From the IMG/VR virus record IMGVR_UViG_3300045988_076436: a stretch of 64,000 nucleotides of DNA; one strand, 5' to 3'. Positions 57,337 to 64,000 of this stretch are shown here, in pieces (the first letter of the stretch is position 1; each line of letters begins with the position of its first letter). Below the pieces are notes generated by a model that was not told where the DNA came from, made no database searches, and saw nothing but the letters and a program-made list of their open reading frames with translations. A program made the translations under genes and the position numbers. The DNA comes from a virus.

Positions 57337-57655
57337 AATATTCCTTTTTAAGTTCAAGTGCTTTCTCTATCTCCTTTGAGGGCGTCTTTTGGGTTTTCTT
57401 CTGAAAGCCGTTGAACAGCATCACGATGTTGCCCTCATCAAAGATGAAGAATGCACGGTATATATTCCCATTGTAACTGGCTCTAATCTCATAGAGTCCG
57501 TCCTTGATGAACTTCACAAATTTCTCACTCACTCTCTCCTGCATCTTCAGCACATCAAGCACATAGTCTATCTTCTTCTGTGCGCCCATTTCCAAAGAGC
57601 GGTAGAACGTGAGGAAGTAGTCTTTGTAAAGTAATATCTTCCTCTCTGAATTCAT
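57320..57655 (-). CDS. RelE/HigB-superfamily toxin, Gp49 (DUF891)-like (111 aa)
   Basis: ...FIKDGLYEIRASYNGNIYRAFFIFDEGNIVMLFNGFQKKTQKTPSKEIEKALELKKEY matches the Gp49/HigB-type pattern (LYELR...R.FY.F..g..ivll.gF.KKtqKTP..EI..A). The toxin-first order matches higBA. Confidence 0.75.
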   Translation of the reverse strand: MNSERKILLYKDYFLTFYRSLEMGAQKKIDYVLDVLKMQERVSEKFVKFIKDGLYEIRASYNGNIYRAFFIFDEGNIVMLFNGFQKKTQKTPSKEIEKALELKKEYYAAKK

Positions 57656-57659
57656 GCTG

Positions 57660-57667
57660 CAAAGGTA
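57660..57667 (-). promoter_or_regulatory. Bacteroides-type -7 box (TACCTTTG) 4 nt before the toxin ATG
   Basis: The reverse complement of 57660-57667 is TACCTTTG. It is the only such box I found between the VR and the RT. Confidence 0.45.
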
Positions 57668-57720
57668 ATACTTAAAGTTGATATATCCTACAACTTTTGC
57701 AATTATTTTGCATCACTCAT

Positions 57721-57740
57721 AAAAAACTCGCTTACGCGAG
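57721..57740 (-). terminator. Rho-independent-type terminator after the DGR target gene
   Basis: The minus strand reads CTCGC-GTAA-GCGAG followed by TTTTTT. Confidence 0.5.
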
Positions 57741-57749
57741 AAAGCAGGG

Positions 57750-57784
57750 AGAGGGAGCAGCCTCCTATCGTCGGCTCTCCCTCT
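57750..57784 (-). other. Strong GC-rich hairpin 58 nt downstream of the VR
   Basis: 12 bp with one bulge: 57750-57762 pairs with 57773-57784 (AGAGGGAG(C)AGCC / GGCTCTCCCTCT), with a 10-nt loop. Confidence 0.55.
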
Positions 57785-57814
57785 GACGCTTTTTTCGTGG
57801 CTGCGCTTGCCGCT

Positions 57815-60800
57815 TTATCCGACTATTACGAATTTGCCGCGGAAGGCCAGCCGCCCACCGAAGCCCGTGAGCGAGAACGAAGAAGCGAAGTTCGCGACCG
57901 CAAAGGCGAGACCGCTGTTCGCATTCGAGACGCCGCCAGACCGCAGAACACAGCGGCCTCTGCTGCCGGGAAACCACAAACCTGCCGCATAGTGGGTGGT
58001 GTACTTGCTCGTGTCGGTCTGATGCACCTTGCTTGGCAAGATGTCGCACTTCGCTCCATGCACCACTCTCACAACGCAGTTGCCGTTAGAGTTCACACTC
58101 TGCACCACACGCTCGGTTTTCTTCACCGGGTCATAGATGTGGAATTTGTAGTCTATGGGGTCATCGTTGGTCTCCACACAGCGGTTCTTGTAGAACGTCT
58201 CGTAGCTCTGCACGTTTCCTGCTATGTAGTCCATCCATTCCGAGTCGCAGCCCACATAGTGTTTGAGTCCCATGATGGAGTTCATTGCGTTGCCCACATA
58301 CGAGGTGTCGGCCATACCTATGTTGTCGAGGCTGTTCAGCGTGGCATCGTGTGCGCCATTGCCAACAACAGACTGCTCGTTGGTCGTGCCGTGGGTCGCC
58401 CACCACAGGTTGCTGATTTCCTTGTGCTGCTCGTAGTCTTGGAGCTGGTAGCCCTCTCCGCGCATGTGCGCACTGTTTTGGAAGTCCTTTGCCGTGTAGT
58501 GTATCGTCCCGGTCGGTGTCTCTGTCGGGTTGCCGTCAGTGTCGTATGCCCATTCTGCCGAGGTCTGCGAAGTGCCGTCTCCCTTGCGTGAGCGCACCGC
58601 GCCCGATATGCTCCTTGGTCGTTTCAGTCCGTCTATGGTGATGGGGTATGTTCCCAAGAGGCTGTCGTTCTCGCCAACGGTGTGCTCCGTCCATTCGGGT
58701 TCTATGGCCTCTATATGCTCGCTATCAACGGCAAGACACAGGCTGTCCTCTATGTCGCGGTACGAGGTGAAGTACATCCACTTCGCTCCGCCAGGCACAT
58801 CGCAGAACACGTAGTTGCCTATCGAGAAGTCGAAGTAGGTGTGGCTCACCATCATGTTGAACTTGCCTACTATCTGTCCGTTCTCGTCCGTGAACACGGC
58901 TCCGAGCCTTGCGTGGTTCAGTCCCGGCCATCTCACCTGCTTCATGCCCTCCACGTCCATGCGGTAGGCGTTCACGTTGGCAGCGGTGGTGATGATGTTC
59001 TCGTCTATCACCGTGCCTACCTCTGCCTCGTCAGCATACACGCCTGTGTTCTCCGCATAGAGCAGTGCCGATAGCATGGCCTCGCGCTTGTTGTTCACGG
59101 TGGATAGCGGCTCGTTCTCCGTGGTCGAATAGACGATGTACTTCTGTTGGTTCTTGTAGTCGTTCACGCCCTTGTACCAGTGGTGGGGCAGATGGTGGAA
59201 GATGTCAAAGCCCTCTCCTGCGCTATCGCCCACATCGAAACTCTCGCCTGTGGCAAGATAGTTGAAGTCGCTGTCGCTCAGTTGCACGCCCTCCATCTGT
59301 TTGAGTTTGGAGTTGTAGGTACACTTGTAGGCGTGGGTCTCCTGCAATATCTTCAGTGTGTGTCCGCTCGCCACAAAGGTCTTGTCGTAGTCCGAACCTG
59401 TCTTGTTTTCGGGGTTGCTGTATCGCTCACAGAAGTCTCCGCTCACGATGTCGTCTATCTTCACCACCGAGAACTGCGAGTTGATGACGGTCAGTTTCGG
59501 GAAGTATTTCTGCAATGCCTCCACCTCGCTGTCCTCCACAAGTTCTGTCAGTATCCATCGGCCGATGATGCCGCTGCACTGCCCGGTCTCATCGTAGGTG
59601 CTGCCGTTCGCGTCTATGCCCACGGCTTCGCTCTGCATGATGCCGCGCAGCATCTCCACGCTGGCGGTGGCGTTCACGCCCGGTATGCGCACGCTCTTCA
59701 GCTGTCCTGCCGTGGTTATCTGCCGCAGCAGGGTCATGGTGTCGATGTGCGGACACTCGTCAAGGAACATTTTCTTCACGTTCGTCATTCCTGCTATGGT
59801 CAGTCCGCCAGGATAGGTCAGCTTGGGCAGGTTCTTGAAGTAGAGCGTGGTCATGGTGGCTGGCAGTTCAAGGGTCTCTATCGGGGCTGTCTCGGCAAGG
59901 TCTATGCTCGACAGTTGCGAACCGCTCGCCAACACCTCTTTCAGTCTCGGGCAGTACGAGGCGATGATGCTTGTTACCTTGGTGTTGCGTGCGTCTATGC
60001 GTCTGAGGAAACTCTTGTTGCCCATGTTGAGCTGCGTGATTGCTCCGCTTTCCTCGGCTGGCGTGTAGTCCGCTCCGCCAAGTATCAGTTCTTGCAGCAT
60101 CGTGCAGTTCGAGATGTCCCAACCCTCGGCTTTCGGGGTGCAGCCGCTGATGTCAAGACTGGCAAGGCGTGTCGCTCCGAACACGTAGAGCATCGTTCCT
60201 GCGCCTGTGGCGGTCATGCCGCTCTTCAGCGTGTAGCTTTCTCCTGCTTTCAGATAGCAGCTGTCCACACAAGCGTCCGCACGGTCCACTCCTAATCCGA
60301 AGAAGCCGTCCTGCACTGCCGTTATCTTGATGCTGATGTCCGTACCCACGGCACGCATCTTGAACGGATTAGTGTACAGCTCGCCCACTTGGTAGTAGCC
60401 GTCACGGTAGGCAAAGCGTTTCTCAAACGTCACGGGCAAGTCCTCATATCGCAATCCGTGTACGGCATAGTAGTAGTTTGCACCTGCCTTGGAGTTCTCG
60501 ATGTACTTGCGCTCTCCGTCAAACGAGCTGGTTATCTTCGCCCACTTCGCTATGCGGTCGGTGATCCAGAGTTTCTTGCAGCCGTCTGCGGAGAATATCT
60601 TGATGCCGTCTGCCTCCGCGCTGCGCATATCGCCCGCTATGTCGTGCAGCGTGATGGTGGTCTTGCCCTCATCTTCAAGCCAGAACTTGTCAGCTGCATA
60701 ACCTTGCTTGAACATTACAGAATTCCAACCTTGGTAATAATGCTTAGTGTCTGTCACGCTGTCCAAATCCCATGGCACAGTAATACCGCAGTCATTGTCA

Positions 60801-63800
60801 GCAAGCCAACAACAGTCTCCGTCATACCAATGGTTGAAGTAGGCGCGTATGCTGCCGTTGATGTCAAGATAGAACGAAATCATCATGTTCTTGCTTCGTT
60901 GGTCAACAGCAAGCACATAATCAGTACCTATAATGTAACAACCCGTAGAACGAACGTTGGCATAAAGGTAGAGTTCCTCGCAGAACTTTTTCAATCGGTT
61001 CTCCTTTGTTCCTGCCACGCTCTTGCCGTGCAGGGTGATGTTTCCGTCTGCCTCGGTACGGTCTTGCGAGCATTGCTGTGTCCATAGCAGCCACTTGTAT
61101 AGGTTGTACGGCACTTTCTTTCCCTTGGCGTAGAGGTCGTTCAAGTCGTCATCGTCGGGGTATCGGCTCTCGTAGTAGCCGAGCCACACGGGTTCGCCTG
61201 TCGATTGGTCTATGCGCATGAGGTCGTCCACGCTGTTCACGCCTTGCAGCCAACAGAACGAGTCGTATTTCAAGTACTCAAAGCACTCTACCGGGTTCAG
61301 CACCCTGCCTGTCACGCCCCATTTCTTGGTGCTCGTGTCATACTGCATCTTGCCTGTGGTGTCTTTCCACTTGCCTCCGCTGTATTTCACATACTTGTAG
61401 TCGTTCGTCAGGTACACCGTTCCCCAGTCGTAGTTGTTCACATCGTCTGCCAGCACCTCGGCAAGGCTCTTGTCCACTTCCGTGGGGTCGGCTGTGGCGG
61501 TGGTCTCCTGCATCGTGCCTGTGCCGTCATTCTCCAAGAAGATGTGCTTCTCTCCGCAGTTTTCGCTCAGCATGTAGATGTTCGAGGCTATCAGCTCTTC
61601 GCTCTTCGCCAAGGTCTGCACCTTGAAGATGTTGAGGTCTTGGTTTTTCTCGGCCACGAGTTCCACAAAGTCGCCATAGTTCAAGCAGTCGCTGTTGTAG
61701 CCGCTCACTTTCTCGAAGCCGAAGAACGATGGGTTGCCCTTGTCCACGTTGAAGTTGGCCTTGGCATGGAAGTAGGCGTAGGTCTCGTTGGTCGCGTCCA
61801 CGCTCTGCTGGTCGGTGCGGAATAGGGCGCACGTCACGCTGTCGATGCTGGTGTTCATCGTGTCGCCTCCGTTGTAGGCATTCTGCGCTGGGGTCATGTA
61901 GTCCGCTCCCATGGCTCGCTGGGTCTTGTTCATCAGCTCCATGGTCGCTCCGTTGTTCGCGCCTGTCGAGTCGGAGTAGTCCACCTTGATGGTGATGGTC
62001 TTTACCCACAAGCCTCCGTCTATCACCTGCACTTGGCTCTTCGCGGCCATCTTCTTGGCCTTTTGGAACTTGGCCAGTGCCACTGGGTCGTTCTTGAAGT
62101 CCTCCTCTGTGTGGAGCATCTCTATCTTGCAGCCTTTGAACTTGCCTTTCTTGTTCTTCACGGGCCGCAGCGATGAGGTCGTGCCTTGGTTTGTGGTCGG
62201 CACGTTGTACACCTTGCAGTCCTGCCATGGCCTGTCGGGGAAACGGATTACCCAGTCAAAGTATGCCTTGGTCTTTTTGTCTCCGTCCAGCTTGTCGAGG
62301 TAGCCGGGGTAGCTCTGCTCGATGTCGGGGGTGTCGGCATTCTTCAGCAGGGTCACGCAGCATAGTCCTGCGTTCATGCACGCTTGCATGGTCGGCCTGT
62401 CCTTGGTTGTTCCCTCTGCGGTCTGCGAGGCCATCACTTGGTTCTTCTCGTACTCCGTCAGCATGGCTGCGGTGTCTTTCTGTCCCACCAAGTAGTTGTT
62501 GAATGCCTGTCGGTAGTTGTAGTAGGTGGCCCAGCCGATGGCACGGTACAGGTAGATGTCGGCTTTCGTGCCGTCAAACTTTATCTGCATGTCGTTGTGG
62601 GCAAACTTCCCGGCATTGTAATAGGTGGCTGCGGCCTCGTCTCCGTTCACATATATCTTGATGGAGCCTATGCCGCTGTATGGGGCTATGCTGGTCGGCT
62701 CTATCACAATGTCGAAACGTGTCTCCTTGTCAGTGGCATACAGGGCTACGGCTGTCTGCTGTGCGCCCAAGTCATCGGGGTTGGCTGCGGTTGCTCCATC
62801 ACAGGTGAACACGAGTTTCTCGCCTGTCAAGTAGAAGCCGAGCTGGTTGTCGCCCAGGCAGTCGATGATGCGTGCCGTGCGGTCTTCCACATTTTTCACC
62901 TTTACCGTGAAACTCAGTGCCATGCCGTTCTGTTCGATGCTGGTGTTGGCGAATGGCTTGAACGAGCACACGGCTTTCATGTCCTCGGCTATGCGGAGTG
63001 CCATGCGTCCCTTGTCGTTCTCCGTGCCGTAGGTGGGCGTGCCGTAGGTGTCCTTGACAAATCCGTTGCTCGACCAGTTGCAGTTCTCAACGGTGATTTC
63101 CACTCCTCCGTCCTTGATGGTCTTGTCGGTCTCTCCGTTGCTGCGTGAGTCCATCGTGATGTTGAACTCGCGCATGGTAGTCACTTCCTCCACATCTACA
63201 AGCGAGCCATCAACAATGAATGTGGCGGTTTCTGATGCGCTGTCTCCGCACGTCACTTTCACCGACACGCTCTTTGTGCCGTCATGCACGCTCTCCTGCA
63301 CTTGCTTGGTGAACGTGTTGGTCTGTCCCCGGTAGGCCACAGTGGTGGTCTCCTGCGCTCCGTCATACCACACCACGGCTTGCGGCTCGTCCGTGTCGGC
63401 TGCATACACGGCATAGTCCACCTCGATGTTCTCATAGAGTTTTCTCTTGCCTTGCAGCTGCTCGGTGTACCAGCGCATGCCCACTATCGGGGTGTTGTTG
63501 CCGCTCTCCACCACCATGACGGCAGTGTGGAGGTAGTTGCCCACCACGCCCGAACCTACATCTTCTCCGTGTATGCGCAGGGGGTATGCGCCATGTGTCA
63601 GTGTCTCGCCCAAGCAGCTCTTCGGGTCTATGGTGATGGAGTGCGAGTAGGTGTCGAGAACTACGCTTGTGCCGAGTGTCTGCCACTCTCCGTTTATGTA
63701 TATCTCGGTTACTACCTTGATGCCTTTGTCCGATGCGTTGTTGGCAAACTTGTACATCGGTATGCTCTTGGCGGCTCCTCCTGCGGCAAGGGCGGTGCTT

Positions 63801-63997
63801 GCCGTGTAGTTGAGGGTCTGCACACTGCTGATGGTAACATCTACACCGCTCACGTTGATGTTCCTGCTGCCTGTGTTTCCTGCATCATCATAGGCGATAA
63901 GTTGGAAACGCTTGGTGGTGGCGGTTACGAAGTAGCTGCTCACGTCCATTTCGAAGTCGTAGGTGTCTCCGCTTGCCGATGACGCTCTGTTGAACAT
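57815..63997 (-). CDS. DGR target: very large receptor-binding/tail-fibre-type protein (at least 2,060 aa; may continue beyond the window) with a C-terminal variable lectin-like domain
   Basis: The VR encodes the last ~45 residues (...CVLRSGGVSNANSGLAFAVANFASSFSLTGFGGRLAFRGKFVIVG), resembling CLec-fold DGR variable proteins. There is an internal leucine-rich-repeat-like block (~59650-60180). The ATG at 63997 may be internal, since the 3 nt upstream are still open. Confidence 0.8.
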   Translation of the reverse strand: MFNRASSASGDTYDFEMDVSSYFVTATTKRFQLIAYDDAGNTGSRNINVSGVDVTISSVQTLNYTASTALAAGGAAKSIPMYKFANNASDKGIKVVTEIYINGEWQTLGTSVVLDTYSHSITIDPKSCLGETLTHGAYPLRIHGEDVGSGVVGNYLHTAVMVVESGNNTPIVGMRWYTEQLQGKRKLYENIEVDYAVYAADTDEPQAVVWYDGAQETTTVAYRGQTNTFTKQVQESVHDGTKSVSVKVTCGDSASETATFIVDGSLVDVEEVTTMREFNITMDSRSNGETDKTIKDGGVEITVENCNWSSNGFVKDTYGTPTYGTENDKGRMALRIAEDMKAVCSFKPFANTSIEQNGMALSFTVKVKNVEDRTARIIDCLGDNQLGFYLTGEKLVFTCDGATAANPDDLGAQQTAVALYATDKETRFDIVIEPTSIAPYSGIGSIKIYVNGDEAAATYYNAGKFAHNDMQIKFDGTKADIYLYRAIGWATYYNYRQAFNNYLVGQKDTAAMLTEYEKNQVMASQTAEGTTKDRPTMQACMNAGLCCVTLLKNADTPDIEQSYPGYLDKLDGDKKTKAYFDWVIRFPDRPWQDCKVYNVPTTNQGTTSSLRPVKNKKGKFKGCKIEMLHTEEDFKNDPVALAKFQKAKKMAAKSQVQVIDGGLWVKTITIKVDYSDSTGANNGATMELMNKTQRAMGADYMTPAQNAYNGGDTMNTSIDSVTCALFRTDQQSVDATNETYAYFHAKANFNVDKGNPSFFGFEKVSGYNSDCLNYGDFVELVAEKNQDLNIFKVQTLAKSEELIASNIYMLSENCGEKHIFLENDGTGTMQETTATADPTEVDKSLAEVLADDVNNYDWGTVYLTNDYKYVKYSGGKWKDTTGKMQYDTSTKKWGVTGRVLNPVECFEYLKYDSFCWLQGVNSVDDLMRIDQSTGEPVWLGYYESRYPDDDDLNDLYAKGKKVPYNLYKWLLWTQQCSQDRTEADGNITLHGKSVAGTKENRLKKFCEELYLYANVRSTGCYIIGTDYVLAVDQRSKNMMISFYLDINGSIRAYFNHWYDGDCCWLADNDCGITVPWDLDSVTDTKHYYQGWNSVMFKQGYAADKFWLEDEGKTTITLHDIAGDMRSAEADGIKIFSADGCKKLWITDRIAKWAKITSSFDGERKYIENSKAGANYYYAVHGLRYEDLPVTFEKRFAYRDGYYQVGELYTNPFKMRAVGTDISIKITAVQDGFFGLGVDRADACVDSCYLKAGESYTLKSGMTATGAGTMLYVFGATRLASLDISGCTPKAEGWDISNCTMLQELILGGADYTPAEESGAITQLNMGNKSFLRRIDARNTKVTSIIASYCPRLKEVLASGSQLSSIDLAETAPIETLELPATMTTLYFKNLPKLTYPGGLTIAGMTNVKKMFLDECPHIDTMTLLRQITTAGQLKSVRIPGVNATASVEMLRGIMQSEAVGIDANGSTYDETGQCSGIIGRWILTELVEDSEVEALQKYFPKLTVINSQFSVVKIDDIVSGDFCERYSNPENKTGSDYDKTFVASGHTLKILQETHAYKCTYNSKLKQMEGVQLSDSDFNYLATGESFDVGDSAGEGFDIFHHLPHHWYKGVNDYKNQQKYIVYSTTENEPLSTVNNKREAMLSALLYAENTGVYADEAEVGTVIDENIITTAANVNAYRMDVEGMKQVRWPGLNHARLGAVFTDENGQIVGKFNMMVSHTYFDFSIGNYVFCDVPGGAKWMYFTSYRDIEDSLCLAVDSEHIEAIEPEWTEHTVGENDSLLGTYPITIDGLKRPRSISGAVRSRKGDGTSQTSAEWAYDTDGNPTETPTGTIHYTAKDFQNSAHMRGEGYQLQDYEQHKEISNLWWATHGTTNEQSVVGNGAHDATLNSLDNIGMADTSYVGNAMNSIMGLKHYVGCDSEWMDYIAGNVQSYETFYKNRCVETNDDPIDYKFHIYDPVKKTERVVQSVNSNGNCVVRVVHGAKCDILPSKVHQTDTSKYTTHYAAGLWFPGSRGRCVLRSGGVSNANSGLAFAVANFASSFSLTGFGGRLAFRGKFVIVG
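57842..57957 (-). repeat. DGR variable repeat (VR)
   Basis: Offset exactly 955 bp from the TR. There are 19 mismatches, every one at a plus-strand T of the TR (A in coding sense). They affect 10 codons (7 AAC, TAT, TAC, AAA). Confidence 0.9.
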
Positions 63998-64000
63998 GAA

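Larger units (their letters stand above)
1..64000. mobile_element. Contiguous temperate-phage genome segment (prophage interior or episomal/virion genome), Bacteroidota-type
   Basis: Every confidently called gene is phage-like: terminase, portal, head module, lysis cassette, integrase, cI-like repressor, RecT module, DGR. Phage genes lie on both sides of the integrase. TAnnTTTG -7 boxes (the Bacteroides promoter consensus) sit upstream of several operons. Confidence 0.8.

Noticed and set aside
57034-57655. Either small ORF between the VR and TR being Avd
   Set aside because: Both match well-known TA families by motif (Gp49/RelE-type toxin; XRE HTH) and not the basic four-helix Avd pattern. 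The point is kept as a finding because the absence of avd is itself notable, but it needs a structure-based check.
61527-62228. 233-aa same-strand alternative-frame ORF inside the DGR target gene
   Set aside because: It is an Arg/Gly/Gln-rich junk translation with poor codon pattern, unlike the embedded ORF at 19925-20137.

Overview
The whole 64-kb window reads as one temperate, Bacteroidota-type tailed-phage genome segment. I saw no host housekeeping genes, tRNAs, rRNAs or CRISPR arrays. Layout, left to right: (1) A minus-strand head module (a fibre-like gene running off the window start, two structural ORFs, a putative major capsid protein and a scaffold) diverges at about 4.7 kb from a plus-strand small/large terminase pair. 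(2) A long minus-strand operon converges on the terminase. It holds two small virion-type proteins, one uninterrupted 6,448-codon polyvalent gene (ParB-like nuclease, pyrophosphatase-like, N6-adenine MTase, SNF2 helicase and HExxH peptidase motifs, with a membrane-like C-terminus) and the portal. (3) Next come a non-coding iteron plus A+T-rich region, a tyrosine integrase next to a hairpin- and repeat-rich attP-like region, and an A+T-rich cI-like repressor plus membrane-protein operon. (4) A plus-strand early module follows (RecT, PD-(D/E)XK exonuclease, SNF2 helicase, HU, DnaC-like ATPase, YopX, and a cytosine-5 MTase broken at a G9 tract), ending in an 895-aa structural gene. (5) A minus-strand late block carries three tandem paralogues, a lysis cassette and a diversity-generating retroelement (DGR). 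The main findings are these. The DGR's 116-bp TR and VR differ at 19 positions, all at TR adenines. The VR closes a protein of at least 2,060 aa that looks like a receptor-binding protein. A HigB/HigA-like toxin-antitoxin pair sits in the VR-TR gap where avd normally lies. A 70-codon +1-frame ORF with clearly better codon usage than the host frame is embedded in the giant gene. The G9 tract is a possible phase-variation site. Two short sequence elements recur at equivalent intergenic junctions. All functional calls come from motifs, size and gene order read by eye; no database search was run.
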